Below are positions 48,809 through 58,450 of a DNA stretch of 64,000 bases, piece after piece. Numbering within the stretch: position 1 is the first letter of the stretch; the number at the start of each line of letters is the position of its first letter. Where the stretch lies: the NCBI GenBank assembly GCA_023430885.1, contig JAEYYH010000026.1, positions 19,599-83,598 of the forward strand, read 5' to 3'. This stretch comes from Bacillota bacterium (GTDB taxonomy: Bacteria; Bacillota_I; Bacilli_A; RF39; UBA660). The notes beneath the pieces are model-generated. The model made no database searches and was not told the origin of the DNA. It saw only the letters and a list, made by a program, of their open reading frames with translations. Position numbers and translations under genes: made by a program.

Positions 48809-49291
48809 ATGCAAAAGTTAGATTTAAATAAAAAAAAATATGAAGTAGAAATACCTAAAGAAGAAGTTACAAAAAAGAAACCCGTATTGTATAACGTTAT
48901 TTTGATTATCGTTTTAGTTACTCTTATTTGTTTGTTTACATTTTTATTTAAAAAATATACAAACAAAGAGGCTTTAGCTACTCTTGAAAGTAGAGTTAAC
49001 ATGACTATAAATTTAGCACGTGAGGTAGTAGATGATGAAAGTTATACAGAAGATTATCTGTTAATAAAGTTCCCTGATACTGAAGAAATTATTACTAAAG
49101 ATGGGAAAATGAATTTTAATAATAAAGAATTAGAAGAATTTTCAAATGGCTATATTATTGTTTATAAAGATAGTTCAATAGCTTTTAAGCTAAGTGATGG
49201 TGAATACTGTGCTTCTAAATCATATAATGATGCGTCATATAAGTTATTTATATTTGGTAATTGTTCTAATTATGACGTTGAATATAAATAG
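48809..49291 (+). CDS. Membrane-anchored pilin-domain-like protein (no prepilin signal), paralog 1
   Basis: Cytoplasmic K-rich N-terminus, one TM. C-terminal DGEYCASKSYNDASYKLFIFGNC matches the pilin D-region pattern of the 46161 protein. Confidence 0.5.
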   Translation: MQKLDLNKKKYEVEIPKEEVTKKKPVLYNVILIIVLVTLICLFTFLFKKYTNKEALATLESRVNMTINLAREVVDDESYTEDYLLIKFPDTEEIITKDGKMNFNNKELEEFSNGYIIVYKDSSIAFKLSDGEYCASKSYNDASYKLFIFGNCSNYDVEYK

Positions 49292-49305
49292 GGTGATTTT
49301 GTAAT

Positions 49306-49797
49306 ATGAAAACACACGAAACAACAATTCATGTTTATGATTATGGAAAGAAAAAGCGCAAACATCATAATGCAAAACTAAAAATATCAAATATCTTAAA
49401 AATAGTATTACCGTTACTAGTACTTATATTTGCAGCATTTTGTATATATAAATATTCTAATAAAGATAAAATTAAAGAAATAGATAAAAAAATTGCTATG
49501 TCAATTGAATTAATGCAAAATGTTGTAAAAGATAAAAGCTTTGATGGCGATTATTTATTAGTAACATTTCCAGATAATTCAAAAGTTGTATCAAACGACG
49601 GTTATATAATTAATAATATAGGTTCTTCATATAAAGAGTTTGATGCAGGTTACATTATATTATATAAAGATGGAACATATAAATTCGAATTACAAGATAC
49701 TGGATATTGTGCTACAAAAGATATTTATGATAAAAAATATCAGTTATTGATATTTAAAAAATGTTCAAGTAAAGAAGTTGATTACTTAAAAAAATAA
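49306..49797 (+). CDS. Membrane-anchored pilin-domain-like protein, paralog 2 (tandem duplicate)
   Basis: Same architecture. DTGYCATKDIYDKKYQLLIFKKC. Shares LL(I/V)(K/T)FPD and GYII(V/L)YKD with paralog 1. Confidence 0.5.
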   Translation: MKTHETTIHVYDYGKKKRKHHNAKLKISNILKIVLPLLVLIFAAFCIYKYSNKDKIKEIDKKIAMSIELMQNVVKDKSFDGDYLLVTFPDNSKVVSNDGYIINNIGSSYKEFDAGYIILYKDGTYKFELQDTGYCATKDIYDKKYQLLIFKKCSSKEVDYLKK

Positions 49798-49810
49798 AAC
49801 AATAGTTTAT

Positions 49811-50752
49811 CTATTGTTTTATTTTGTCTCCTTGATAAATATCTTTTTTAACCATGGCTTTATCTATTTCATTTAGAACTCCAAACTTTTTTATTAACCA
49901 TTCTGGTTCTACTAAATCGCTAGCTTTAGGATCACCAGTAATTCTATTAATAACTATTTCTGGTCGTAAATATTCAAGTTGTTCACATACTATATCAACA
50001 TACTCTTCTTTGGATAAGACGTGAAAATGCTCTTTCTTATACAAATTGGCAAGTTCTGTATTTTTTAATATATGTAGCATATGTATTTTTATTCCTTGGA
50101 TATCTAAGTTATTCAGATATTTAATGGTATCTATCATCATTTCTCTTGTCTCATATGGAAGTCCATTGATAATATGTACAACAACATTTATATTACGACT
50201 TCTTAACTTTTCCACCATATAATTAAAACATTCAAGAGTATGACAACGATTTATTAACAATGAAGTCTTTTCATGAATGGTTTGAAGTCCTAATTCCACA
50301 GTTAAGTATGTTTTTTTACTTAGCTTTTCTAAATAATCCACACATTCATCAGTTATAGCATCAGGACGTGTTGCAATTGAAAGACCAACAACATTTTTTT
50401 GTTTTAAAATAAGTTCGTATTTTTCTTTTAAAACATCAAGTGGCGCATATGTATTAGTGTTGGCTTGAAAATATCCGATATATTTACTATTTGGCCATTT
50501 CTTAGACATAATTTCTTTGACATCTTCAAATTGTTTTAGCAAGTTATCATTAACATTACCTGCATAATCGCCACTACCAAGACTAGAACAATATATACAA
50601 CCTTTAGTTCCTACTTTACCATCCCTGTTAGGACAAGTAAAACCTGCATTTAAACTTACTTTAAATATTTTGGAATTAAATTTATGTTTATAAAAGTAAT
50701 CTAAAGTGTGATATCTTTTATTAGAATCACTATATTTAAACAAATTTTTCAT
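49811..50752 (-). CDS. Radical SAM protein, TIGR01212 (YhcC-like) family
   Basis: CPNRDGKVGTKGCIYC Cys cluster. About 313 aa with the family's C-terminal domain. Confidence 0.75.
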   Translation of the reverse strand: MKNLFKYSDSNKRYHTLDYFYKHKFNSKIFKVSLNAGFTCPNRDGKVGTKGCIYCSSLGSGDYAGNVNDNLLKQFEDVKEIMSKKWPNSKYIGYFQANTNTYAPLDVLKEKYELILKQKNVVGLSIATRPDAITDECVDYLEKLSKKTYLTVELGLQTIHEKTSLLINRCHTLECFNYMVEKLRSRNINVVVHIINGLPYETREMMIDTIKYLNNLDIQGIKIHMLHILKNTELANLYKKEHFHVLSKEEYVDIVCEQLEYLRPEIVINRITGDPKASDLVEPEWLIKKFGVLNEIDKAMVKKDIYQGDKIKQ

Positions 50753-50881
50753 ACTTTCACCTAATTTCTTAATAATTATACCATATTTTTTTGTGACGAA
50801 AGTGTGAAAAATAACAAAATAACTTTAAATTATTTAATAATCTTTAGAAATTTGCTATAATTAATATGGAGGTAATAGATA

Positions 50882-52351
50882 ATGAAAAAAATGAGGGAAA
50901 AATACAATTTATTTACAGCAATAGTTATTTGTTTTTTAGTTTATGTAGTACTTAGTTGGTTTGTTCCAACTGGAGCGGTAACAAGTAGTGCATATGCTGG
51001 TGCTGGTACAAATCCAGTAGGATTATTTGGACTAGTATATTATCCTGGTATTACAGTTGGAACATTTGCTCAATTTGGTCTAATTATTTTAGCAATTGGA
51101 GCGTTCTATGGTGTAATGAATAAAACTGGTGTTTATGGAACATTAGTTAATAAAACAGTAAACAAATTTAAAGGAAAAGAAAAAACCTTTATAACAGTTA
51201 CAGTAGCTTTATTAATTATTATAAGCTCACTAATGGGTCTTCCATATGCTATGTTAATAGTAGTACCTTTTATTATGGCTATTTTGTTAAAACTAGGTTA
51301 CAATAAAATAACTACAGTAGCAAGTACAGTAGGAGCAATTTTAGTTGGCCAAATAGCATCAACTTTTGGTTATACTATAGCTGGTATGTCAGCAAGTCTA
51401 CTTGGTCTTAAAATAAATGAAGGTATTTGGTCAAGACTAGCATTACTAGTAATAGTAATATTCTTATTTGTTTTATTTGTAACAGGAAACAAAGAAACAA
51501 AATTAAACCAATCAAAGAAAATAGTTAAAGACAAAAAAGCAAAGAAGGATATAGTAGAAGAAGAAATATCTGAAGACAAAGTTATTTTCTTAGAAAATGA
51601 AGTTACTTCAACAAAGAAAACTTTCTCGCTTAAACTATTATTTATTCTTACTTTAATAATTGCCTTTATTAGTATGTTCAATTGGAACACAGTTTTCAAA
51701 ATTACTTTATTTGAAGATTTTTATGAAAAAATTATGGGAATAACTGTTTCAGATTATCCAATTATGCAAAATTTATTAGGATTAACTAATCCTTTTGGAT
51801 ACTGGGATTCATATGAATTAGTTGCATTATTAACAGTTTCATCTATAATAATGGGATGGGTTTATAATTTATCTTTAGTAGATGTATATGAAGGAATGAA
51901 GGCTGGGGCTAAGAGAGTTCTTAAACCTGCATGTCTTATCACAATAGCTAATATTATATTTACTTTAACACTATCATCTTCAGATGGTACTATGTTAGTA
52001 TATATTACAGAAAAACTTGGAACAATATCTGATTCATTTAATTTATTTACAACTGCATTAACAGGTATAATAGGTGGATTTTTCTATAACAACTATTATT
52101 ATTACTTTAATGCAATTGCAACAGACTTAGCAATACATGTTGATGCTAATTACTATACAATAATGACATTTGTTCTACAAAGTATATATGGATTAATGAT
52201 GATGATTCTTCCTACAAGTTTAATACTTGTAAGTGGTCTTAGCATGCTTGGTGTATCATTCAAGGAATGGATTAAATACATTTGGCGTTTCGTAGCTCAA
52301 TTATTAGTAATTATTCTTATAATAAGTGTTATCTTAGTATTAGTTGTGTAA
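50882..52351 (+). CDS. YfcC/DcuC-family integral membrane protein (putative transporter)
   Basis: LAIGAFYGVMNKTG and FIMAILLKLGYNKITTV resemble E. coli YfcC motifs. More than 10 TM segments. Confidence 0.55.
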   Translation: MKKMREKYNLFTAIVICFLVYVVLSWFVPTGAVTSSAYAGAGTNPVGLFGLVYYPGITVGTFAQFGLIILAIGAFYGVMNKTGVYGTLVNKTVNKFKGKEKTFITVTVALLIIISSLMGLPYAMLIVVPFIMAILLKLGYNKITTVASTVGAILVGQIASTFGYTIAGMSASLLGLKINEGIWSRLALLVIVIFLFVLFVTGNKETKLNQSKKIVKDKKAKKDIVEEEISEDKVIFLENEVTSTKKTFSLKLLFILTLIIAFISMFNWNTVFKITLFEDFYEKIMGITVSDYPIMQNLLGLTNPFGYWDSYELVALLTVSSIIMGWVYNLSLVDVYEGMKAGAKRVLKPACLITIANIIFTLTLSSSDGTMLVYITEKLGTISDSFNLFTTALTGIIGGFFYNNYYYYFNAIATDLAIHVDANYYTIMTFVLQSIYGLMMMILPTSLILVSGLSMLGVSFKEWIKYIWRFVAQLLVIILIISVILVLVV

Positions 52352-52375
52352 AAGAGACTTTTGTCTCTTTTTTTA
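52352..52375 (+). terminator. Rho-independent terminator (AAGAGACTTTTGTCTCTTTTTTT)
   Basis: Hairpin plus T-run. Confidence 0.5.
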
Positions 52376-52423
52376 TTTTATTTTTTGTGGTAAAATTATA
52401 AGTGATAAGAATAGGGTGAAGTT

Positions 52424-53308
52424 ATGGAATATGCAAATATGATTTTTATTTATTTATGTGCAGGCTGGTTTGTATTATATGCAGTAGTATTAATTTATCT
52501 ATATGTAAAAAATTTCAAACCATATAAACCACAATTTAATATGGATTTTTATACTGAATTACCTAGCGCTATTACTCCAATTGAGCTTAGTGATTTAATG
52601 TATAAAAAAATAATGCCGGCAGCACTTTCAGCCGCAGTAATTGATCTATTTAATGAAGGCATAATCAAATTAGTAAATGATAATGGTGAAGATTATATAT
52701 GTATTGATAGAATAAATGCTAGAGATTATAGTATTGGACAAGATTATACTGTTAAATTATTAATAAATATAATTGGTGATGGTAATCGTGTTTCTGTTAA
52801 TGAAATATATAAATTTTGTGATCGAAAAAAGAATTGTGATGTCTTTTTAATGGAATATAATATATGGGTTAGAATTATGCGTAAAGAAAATTTCAAACAT
52901 ATTTTCTATGAAACTAAAAATCAATATGGTATGGTTAAGTTTGTAACAGTTTTAGGTTGTGCTTTATTTATTGCAAATATTGCTGGACAATTTAGAACAA
53001 TAATTGGTTACGTAACTTTAATTCCTGCAATATTCATATTGTTATATTTTACTAAAATATATAAAAGAACGAGAGAAGCAAATGAAGAATATCATAAATG
53101 GATTGCTTTTAAACAATTTCTAGAAAATATTGAAAATTTCCAATATGCTATAGCAGATCCAGATAAATATGTTATGTATGGAACTGTGTTAGGAATAAAA
53201 GGATTAGAGAAAAAAATAACTAATCATGCATATTTTGATCGCATAGCAGAAGCAGTTAATAGATGTGTTGTTAGAGCAATCTTAAACGGTAATAGAAAGA
53301 TTTTATAA
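52424..53308 (+). CDS. Membrane protein (hypothetical; DUF2207 C-terminal-like)
   Basis: Hydrophobic segments at N-terminus and middle; no motif. Confidence 0.35.
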   Translation: MEYANMIFIYLCAGWFVLYAVVLIYLYVKNFKPYKPQFNMDFYTELPSAITPIELSDLMYKKIMPAALSAAVIDLFNEGIIKLVNDNGEDYICIDRINARDYSIGQDYTVKLLINIIGDGNRVSVNEIYKFCDRKKNCDVFLMEYNIWVRIMRKENFKHIFYETKNQYGMVKFVTVLGCALFIANIAGQFRTIIGYVTLIPAIFILLYFTKIYKRTREANEEYHKWIAFKQFLENIENFQYAIADPDKYVMYGTVLGIKGLEKKITNHAYFDRIAEAVNRCVVRAILNGNRKIL

Positions 53309-53309
53309 A

Positions 53310-53945
53310 ATGATTTACAGACTAGATAATGAAGATTACGAAGTAGAAATACTAAAAAAAGGTAATAAGAACACTTATGTAAGGGTGAAAGAAAATTTAA
53401 CAATACAAGTAACAACAAATCATTTCGCTACTAAACATGATATTAAAAATTTACTTGATCGTAATCAAGACTTCTTAAGAAAAACATTAGGAAAAAGAGA
53501 AATAGAAAAACAAAAAGATGATGACTTTTACTTTTTGGGAAAAAAGTTTGATATCGTTGTTGTTCCAATACTAAAAGGTGTTGAGATAGACGGTAATAAG
53601 TTATATGTCCCTGACAAATCACTATTAGACAAATGGCTAAAGAAGCAGACATTATCAATTTTTGAAGAACGTTTAAAATATAATTATAATCTTTTTGAAG
53701 AAAATATACCTTATCCTCATCTACGAATTAGAAGTATGAAAACGCGATGGGGTGTATGTAATAGAAAAAATTTAATTGTCACTATTAATAGTAAATTAAT
53801 AAGGGAGAGTATTGATAAAATAGACTATGTAATAATACATGAATTATCACATTTAGTACATTTCAATCATTCAAGAGATTTTTGGGAAGTAGTAGATAAG
53901 TACTGCCCTAAATACAAAAGAATACGTAAAGATTTAAGGGAGTAG
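53310..53945 (+). CDS. YgjP/DUF45-like zinc-dependent hydrolase (M48-like HExxH)
   Basis: HELSHLVHFNHSRDFW. Confidence 0.7.
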   Translation: MIYRLDNEDYEVEILKKGNKNTYVRVKENLTIQVTTNHFATKHDIKNLLDRNQDFLRKTLGKREIEKQKDDDFYFLGKKFDIVVVPILKGVEIDGNKLYVPDKSLLDKWLKKQTLSIFEERLKYNYNLFEENIPYPHLRIRSMKTRWGVCNRKNLIVTINSKLIRESIDKIDYVIIHELSHLVHFNHSRDFWEVVDKYCPKYKRIRKDLRE

Positions 53946-53952
53946 GTGAATC

Positions 53953-55128
53953 ATGAAATATATAAAGAAAGTAATAAATATATTATTAATATTTGTTTTA
54001 CTAGTTCCAATGTTTGTCGCACCATACGTGGTAAATGCAGCTGATAAAGACGATATGACTGTCAAGGAACTTGAAGAGGAAATTGCTAAAGAAGAAGCTG
54101 CACTAGCAAATAATAAAAGTAATATAAAATTAACAGAAGCTGAAATAACTAAAATTCAAAATAATATAAAATTAATTTCTAAACAAATAGCTGAGAGCAC
54201 TAATGAGATTTCAAAAATAAGAGAAGAAATAATTGCACTGGAAGAAAATATAAAATCTAAAAAAGGTGAAATTGATGAGATTGTCAGATTTTTAGAAGTA
54301 TCAAATGGAGAATCGGATTATCTTGAATATATGTTTGGTGCAAAAACGTTTACTGATTTTATATATAGAATGGCTATAACTGAACAATTAACTAATTATA
54401 ACGATAGATTAATTAAAGAATATAATGATATGATCGTTAGTAATAAGCAAAAACAGGTTGATTTAAATAAGGAAATAGAAAGCGCAAAAGCAAAACAAGC
54501 TGAAATTGCATCAGAATCAATGAAGCTTCAAGCCAATTTAGTAAATTTAAAATCTGATGGTGGTAGTATAGAAGAGAGTTTAAAAGAAACTAAAAGCACT
54601 TTAAATGATTTAAAATCTAAAGGCTGTAGAGATGATGAAACAGTAAGAACATGCGCAACAAGAATATATGGTGTTCCAATAAGTTCTTCTGGAATGATTA
54701 GACCATTAAGAACAGGTATAGTAACAGCAGAATTTGGTGAACCACGTCCTGAAGGCCCACATGGTGGTATTGATATAGGCGTCCCTGTAGGAACACCAGT
54801 TTACGCAGTTGCTGATGGTATTGTAAGTGGTGTTTGGGACTACGGTGGAACAGGTATGTCAATTCACATAATACACATCATTAATGGAGTAAGGTATACA
54901 TCAGGTTATCAACATTTATCAAAATATGAAGTATATGTAGGACAAACAGTAAGAAGAGGCGACGAAATAGCTTTATCAGGTAATACTGGTTATTCATTTG
55001 GCCCTCACTTACATTTCACACTTTTATATGGATGGGCTGGACCAATTAAGGACTTCCATGATTATGGAATATGGAGTACAACATACTGGGGTATGTGGTT
55101 TAATCCAAGAGCAATGATTAACTTTTAA
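53953..55128 (+). CDS. M23 (LytM-type) peptidase with N-terminal signal anchor and long coiled coil
   Basis: HGGIDIGVPVGTPVYAVADGIV ... GNTGYSFGPHLHF. Confidence 0.8.
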   Translation: MKYIKKVINILLIFVLLVPMFVAPYVVNAADKDDMTVKELEEEIAKEEAALANNKSNIKLTEAEITKIQNNIKLISKQIAESTNEISKIREEIIALEENIKSKKGEIDEIVRFLEVSNGESDYLEYMFGAKTFTDFIYRMAITEQLTNYNDRLIKEYNDMIVSNKQKQVDLNKEIESAKAKQAEIASESMKLQANLVNLKSDGGSIEESLKETKSTLNDLKSKGCRDDETVRTCATRIYGVPISSSGMIRPLRTGIVTAEFGEPRPEGPHGGIDIGVPVGTPVYAVADGIVSGVWDYGGTGMSIHIIHIINGVRYTSGYQHLSKYEVYVGQTVRRGDEIALSGNTGYSFGPHLHFTLLYGWAGPIKDFHDYGIWSTTYWGMWFNPRAMINF

Positions 55129-55177
55129 ATCGACAAAATTTTATATATTAATGTGATATCATCTAGATGGTGATAAT

Positions 55178-55348
55178 ATGAAAGTTAAAGTATTTGATGA
55201 AAATCATGAAAAAGATTTAGAAGAATCAATAAACAAATTTCTAAAAGAGTTTGATGGCGATATAGTCGACATTAAATTTCAGACAGCAATAGGTATAATG
55301 GGTGAGGAACAGATATATTGTTTTTCAGCGTTAGTAATTTATAATTAA
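55178..55348 (+). CDS. cse60: Sporulation protein Cse60 family (56 aa); below the ORF-track length cutoff
   Basis: MKVKVFDENHEKDLEESINKFLKEFDGDIVDIKFQTAIGIMGEEQIYCFSALVIYN translated by hand. Resembles B. subtilis Cse60/YteV as recalled. Followed by a terminator. Confidence 0.55.
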   Translation: MKVKVFDENHEKDLEESINKFLKEFDGDIVDIKFQTAIGIMGEEQIYCFSALVIYN

Positions 55349-55372
55349 AAGGATTAGTAAATCCTTTTTTTG
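55349..55372 (+). terminator. Rho-independent terminator (AGGATTAGTAAATCCTTTTTTTG)
   Basis: Hairpin plus T-run. Confidence 0.5.
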
Positions 55373-55407
55373 TTAATTTTAAAAATAATATTTAAAATAG
55401 AGATTTT

Positions 55408-57042
55408 ATGATAAAATATACATTGGTGATGTTTATGAAGGGTAGTAATTTAAACTTATCTTTTGGACTAGAATTAATATATGAAAATGCTAACTTTCAA
55501 TTAAACGATTTTGATAAAGTTGGAGTAGTTGGTGTTAATGGTGCTGGTAAAACAACTTTATTTAAAGTAATATTAAAAACTCAAGATTTAGACAGTGGTA
55601 AAATAGACGTGATTAATAAAAGAATTGGATATCTTCCACAGGAAATAGTATTAGAAGATAAAGATATAACTGTTTTTGATTATATTATGACAGCAAGACC
55701 AATAGAAAAACTAGAACAAGAATTAACTAAATTATATAATGATGTTGCAGTAACAACTGGTAAAGAACAAGATAAGATAATGAATAAAATTTCTAAGACT
55801 CAAGGTTTATTAGAATACTATGATTATTATAATGCAGAAAATATTATGTTGGAATTAATTAGTAATATGAATATTGACTTTGATTTATTAGATATGAAAT
55901 TGTGTGATTTATCAGGTGGACAAAAGTCAAAAATAGCTTTTGCCCATCTTCTATATTCAAAACCAGAAATTCTTTTACTTGATGAACCTACTAATCACTT
56001 AGATGTAGGTACAAGAAAGTTTATAACTAATTATTTAAAAAATTATAAGGGTATGGTTTTAATAATAAGTCATGATATAGAATTCTTAAATGATATAGTT
56101 AATAAGACTTTGTATGTAGATAAAGCAGAAAAAAGTTTATCTGTATATAATGGTAACTATAGAGATTTTATGAAAAAGAGAACGGCTGAAAAGGAAGCTA
56201 AAGAAAAACTAATTGAAAAGCAAGAAAAAGAAATAGAAAAATTAAGAAGTACTGTTCTTTTATATAGTAACTCATCTGGTAATAGAAAAAAGATGGCTCA
56301 AAGTAGGGAAAAAGTTTTAGATAAAAAAATGGATGAATTACTAGTAAGAGATAAAACACTAAAAAAAGTAAGATTAAATATTAAACCGGATAGAGAAGGC
56401 TCTAAAATACCAGTTAAAATAAATAATATTACTTTTGGATATAATGAACATAAACTAATAAAAGATTTATCATTAAATATAACAAATAGAGAAAGATTTC
56501 TTATTGTAGGGGAAAATGGAGTAGGTAAGTCTACTTTATTAAAACTTATTGTAGGGAAACTAAAACCTGATAGTGGTTCAATATGGTATGGTAATAAAAC
56601 TGATATTGCATATTATGCTCAGGAATTAGAATTGCTTGATTTAGATAAAACTATAATTGCTAATGTTGATAATGATACTTATACTGAAAGAGAACTTCGT
56701 ACAGTATTAGGTAACTTTTTATTCTATGGTGAAGATGTATTTAAGAAAGCTCAGGTTTTATCACCTGGTGAAAAAGCAAGGGTAGCTTTATGTAAGATTC
56801 TTTTAAAGAAAGCTAATCTTCTTATTCTTGACGAACCAACAAACCATTTAGATCCAGAAACCCAACAAATAATAGGTGAGAACTTTAAAAACTATGAGGG
56901 TACTATTATTATGGTAAGTCATAATCCAGCTTTTACTTCTAACATTGGAATTAATAGAATTTTAATTCTTCCTAATGGAAAAATAACTAATTATTCAGAT
57001 GAAAAATTAGAATATTATTATAAACTAAATACTAAGGATTAA
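55408..57042 (+). CDS. ABC-F family ATPase (two ABC cassettes joined by a charged linker)
   Basis: Two Walker A (GVNGAGKTT, GENGVGKST), two signature LSGGQK/LSPGEK, linker EKEAKEKLIEKQEKEIEKLR. Confidence 0.85.
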   Translation: MIKYTLVMFMKGSNLNLSFGLELIYENANFQLNDFDKVGVVGVNGAGKTTLFKVILKTQDLDSGKIDVINKRIGYLPQEIVLEDKDITVFDYIMTARPIEKLEQELTKLYNDVAVTTGKEQDKIMNKISKTQGLLEYYDYYNAENIMLELISNMNIDFDLLDMKLCDLSGGQKSKIAFAHLLYSKPEILLLDEPTNHLDVGTRKFITNYLKNYKGMVLIISHDIEFLNDIVNKTLYVDKAEKSLSVYNGNYRDFMKKRTAEKEAKEKLIEKQEKEIEKLRSTVLLYSNSSGNRKKMAQSREKVLDKKMDELLVRDKTLKKVRLNIKPDREGSKIPVKINNITFGYNEHKLIKDLSLNITNRERFLIVGENGVGKSTLLKLIVGKLKPDSGSIWYGNKTDIAYYAQELELLDLDKTIIANVDNDTYTERELRTVLGNFLFYGEDVFKKAQVLSPGEKARVALCKILLKKANLLILDEPTNHLDPETQQIIGENFKNYEGTIIMVSHNPAFTSNIGINRILILPNGKITNYSDEKLEYYYKLNTKD

Positions 57043-58006
57043 TATTGTTGTTAATTAGTATTGTTATAATATCTTGATAATTATAACCATCATATTCTAA
57101 TAACTTAGGATACATACTTATATTAGTAAATCCCGGTAATGTATTAATTTCATTTAGATATATTATATTATTTTTATAGTCATAAAAGAAATCTATTCTA
57201 GCTAAGTCTTTACAGTTAAGCACAGTAAAGACTTTTTTAGATATCCTTCTAATCCTATCAGCAATATTTTGCCCAATAAAGGCTGGTATTAAAACTTTTG
57301 AATCATTGATGATATATTTATCATCATAATCATAAAACTCTCTAGAAGGCTTTATTTGGCCAACAGTAGACACATGTATTTTATCTTTATCTTGCATAAC
57401 TGCACACTCAAGTTCTAGGCCTGTAATAAATTCCTCGATAATAACATTATTATCATATTGCATAGCTAGTTTAATAGCTTCTTTTAATTCATTTTTATTA
57501 TTGACTTTAGTAATTCCAATTGATGAACCTCCACTAGATGGTTTGACAATCATTGGGTACTTTAGTTTATTTTCTATATCGCTTAAACTATTGTTATATA
57601 AAACATATTTAACTTGTTTAATCTTATATCTATTTAGTATTGTTTTAGTAATATGTTTATTCATACATATCATACTTGATATATGATTAGGTCCAACATA
57701 CTTAATATCCATTAATTCAAATAGACTTACATATTTGCCATCCTCACCATCATTGCCGTGTATTATATTAAATACACAGTCAAAATTTTTTAAAAAAGTT
57801 ATGATATTTGGTACTTTTTTTAACATACTAATATTGATATCATTAAAATTATTATCAAATATGTACCAATTATTAGTTTTAGATACATAAACACTAGTTA
57901 CATTAAATATATTTTTATTGATATTATTATATATATTTTTAGCGGATTTACATGATACTTCATGCTCATAAGAACGGCCTCCAAATAGGAGTAAAACATT
58001 TTTCAA
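57032..58006 (-). CDS. ddl: D-alanine--D-alanine ligase; TTG start after RBS AGAGGTG (the track extends to 58063)
   Basis: KNVLLLFGGRSYEHEVS, ATP-grasp motifs. Its 3' end overlaps the ABC-F stop convergently. Confidence 0.85.
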   Translation of the reverse strand: MKNVLLLFGGRSYEHEVSCKSAKNIYNNINKNIFNVTSVYVSKTNNWYIFDNNFNDINISMLKKVPNIITFLKNFDCVFNIIHGNDGEDGKYVSLFELMDIKYVGPNHISSMICMNKHITKTILNRYKIKQVKYVLYNNSLSDIENKLKYPMIVKPSSGGSSIGITKVNNKNELKEAIKLAMQYDNNVIIEEFITGLELECAVMQDKDKIHVSTVGQIKPSREFYDYDDKYIINDSKVLIPAFIGQNIADRIRRISKKVFTVLNCKDLARIDFFYDYKNNIIYLNEINTLPGFTNISMYPKLLEYDGYNYQDIITILINNNINP

Positions 58007-58175
58007 TTTAAACACCTCTGTATATTTTATGAAATAATGAAATAAAATATAATTAAGTTGCATATTTAATTTAAGTGTGCTATACTGTAAGTGGTTTATA
58101 ACTTATTTCGTTACTTCCGTTTTGAAAGTGTCCTAAATAATTATATAATCAATATTTCAAAAAGGAGGGACAGTC

Positions 58176-58370
58176 ATGGAAAAAGAACTTAAGGATATCG
58201 AAATTACTTGCAAAGATTGTGGAGAAAAATTCTTATTCACAGTTAGAGATCAAGAATTCTATGCTGAAAAAGGTTTCACTAACCAACCAGTTAGATGCAA
58301 AGCTTGTCGTGATAAGAAAAAATCTGAACGTAATAATAACCGTAGATTTGATAATAACGACAGATACTAA
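58176..58370 (+). CDS. Small zinc-ribbon protein (CxxC...CxxC, FYxEKGF motif), conserved Firmicute family of unknown function
   Basis: TCKDCGEKFLFTVRDQEFYAEKGFTNQPVRCKACR. RBS AAGGAGGG. Preferred over the overlapping 58219 ORF. Confidence 0.6.
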   Translation: MEKELKDIEITCKDCGEKFLFTVRDQEFYAEKGFTNQPVRCKACRDKKKSERNNNRRFDNNDRY

Positions 58371-58374
58371 CAAA

Positions 58375-58402
58375 ATGGATTCGAAAGAATCCTTTTTTGT
58401 TG
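58375..58402 (+). terminator. Rho-independent terminator (GGATTCGAAAGAATCC plus T6)
   Basis: Perfect hairpin read in sequence. Confidence 0.55.
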
Positions 58403-58450
58403 CTAAATAAAGGAATATATAGTATAATTTAGTAGCGAGAGGGCGATAAA

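Noticed and set aside
58219-58410. Alternative 63-aa ORF overlapping the Zn-ribbon gene in another frame
   Set aside because: The 58176 frame has the RBS and paired CxxC motifs of a conserved family. The overlapping frame is K/N/I-rich with no features.
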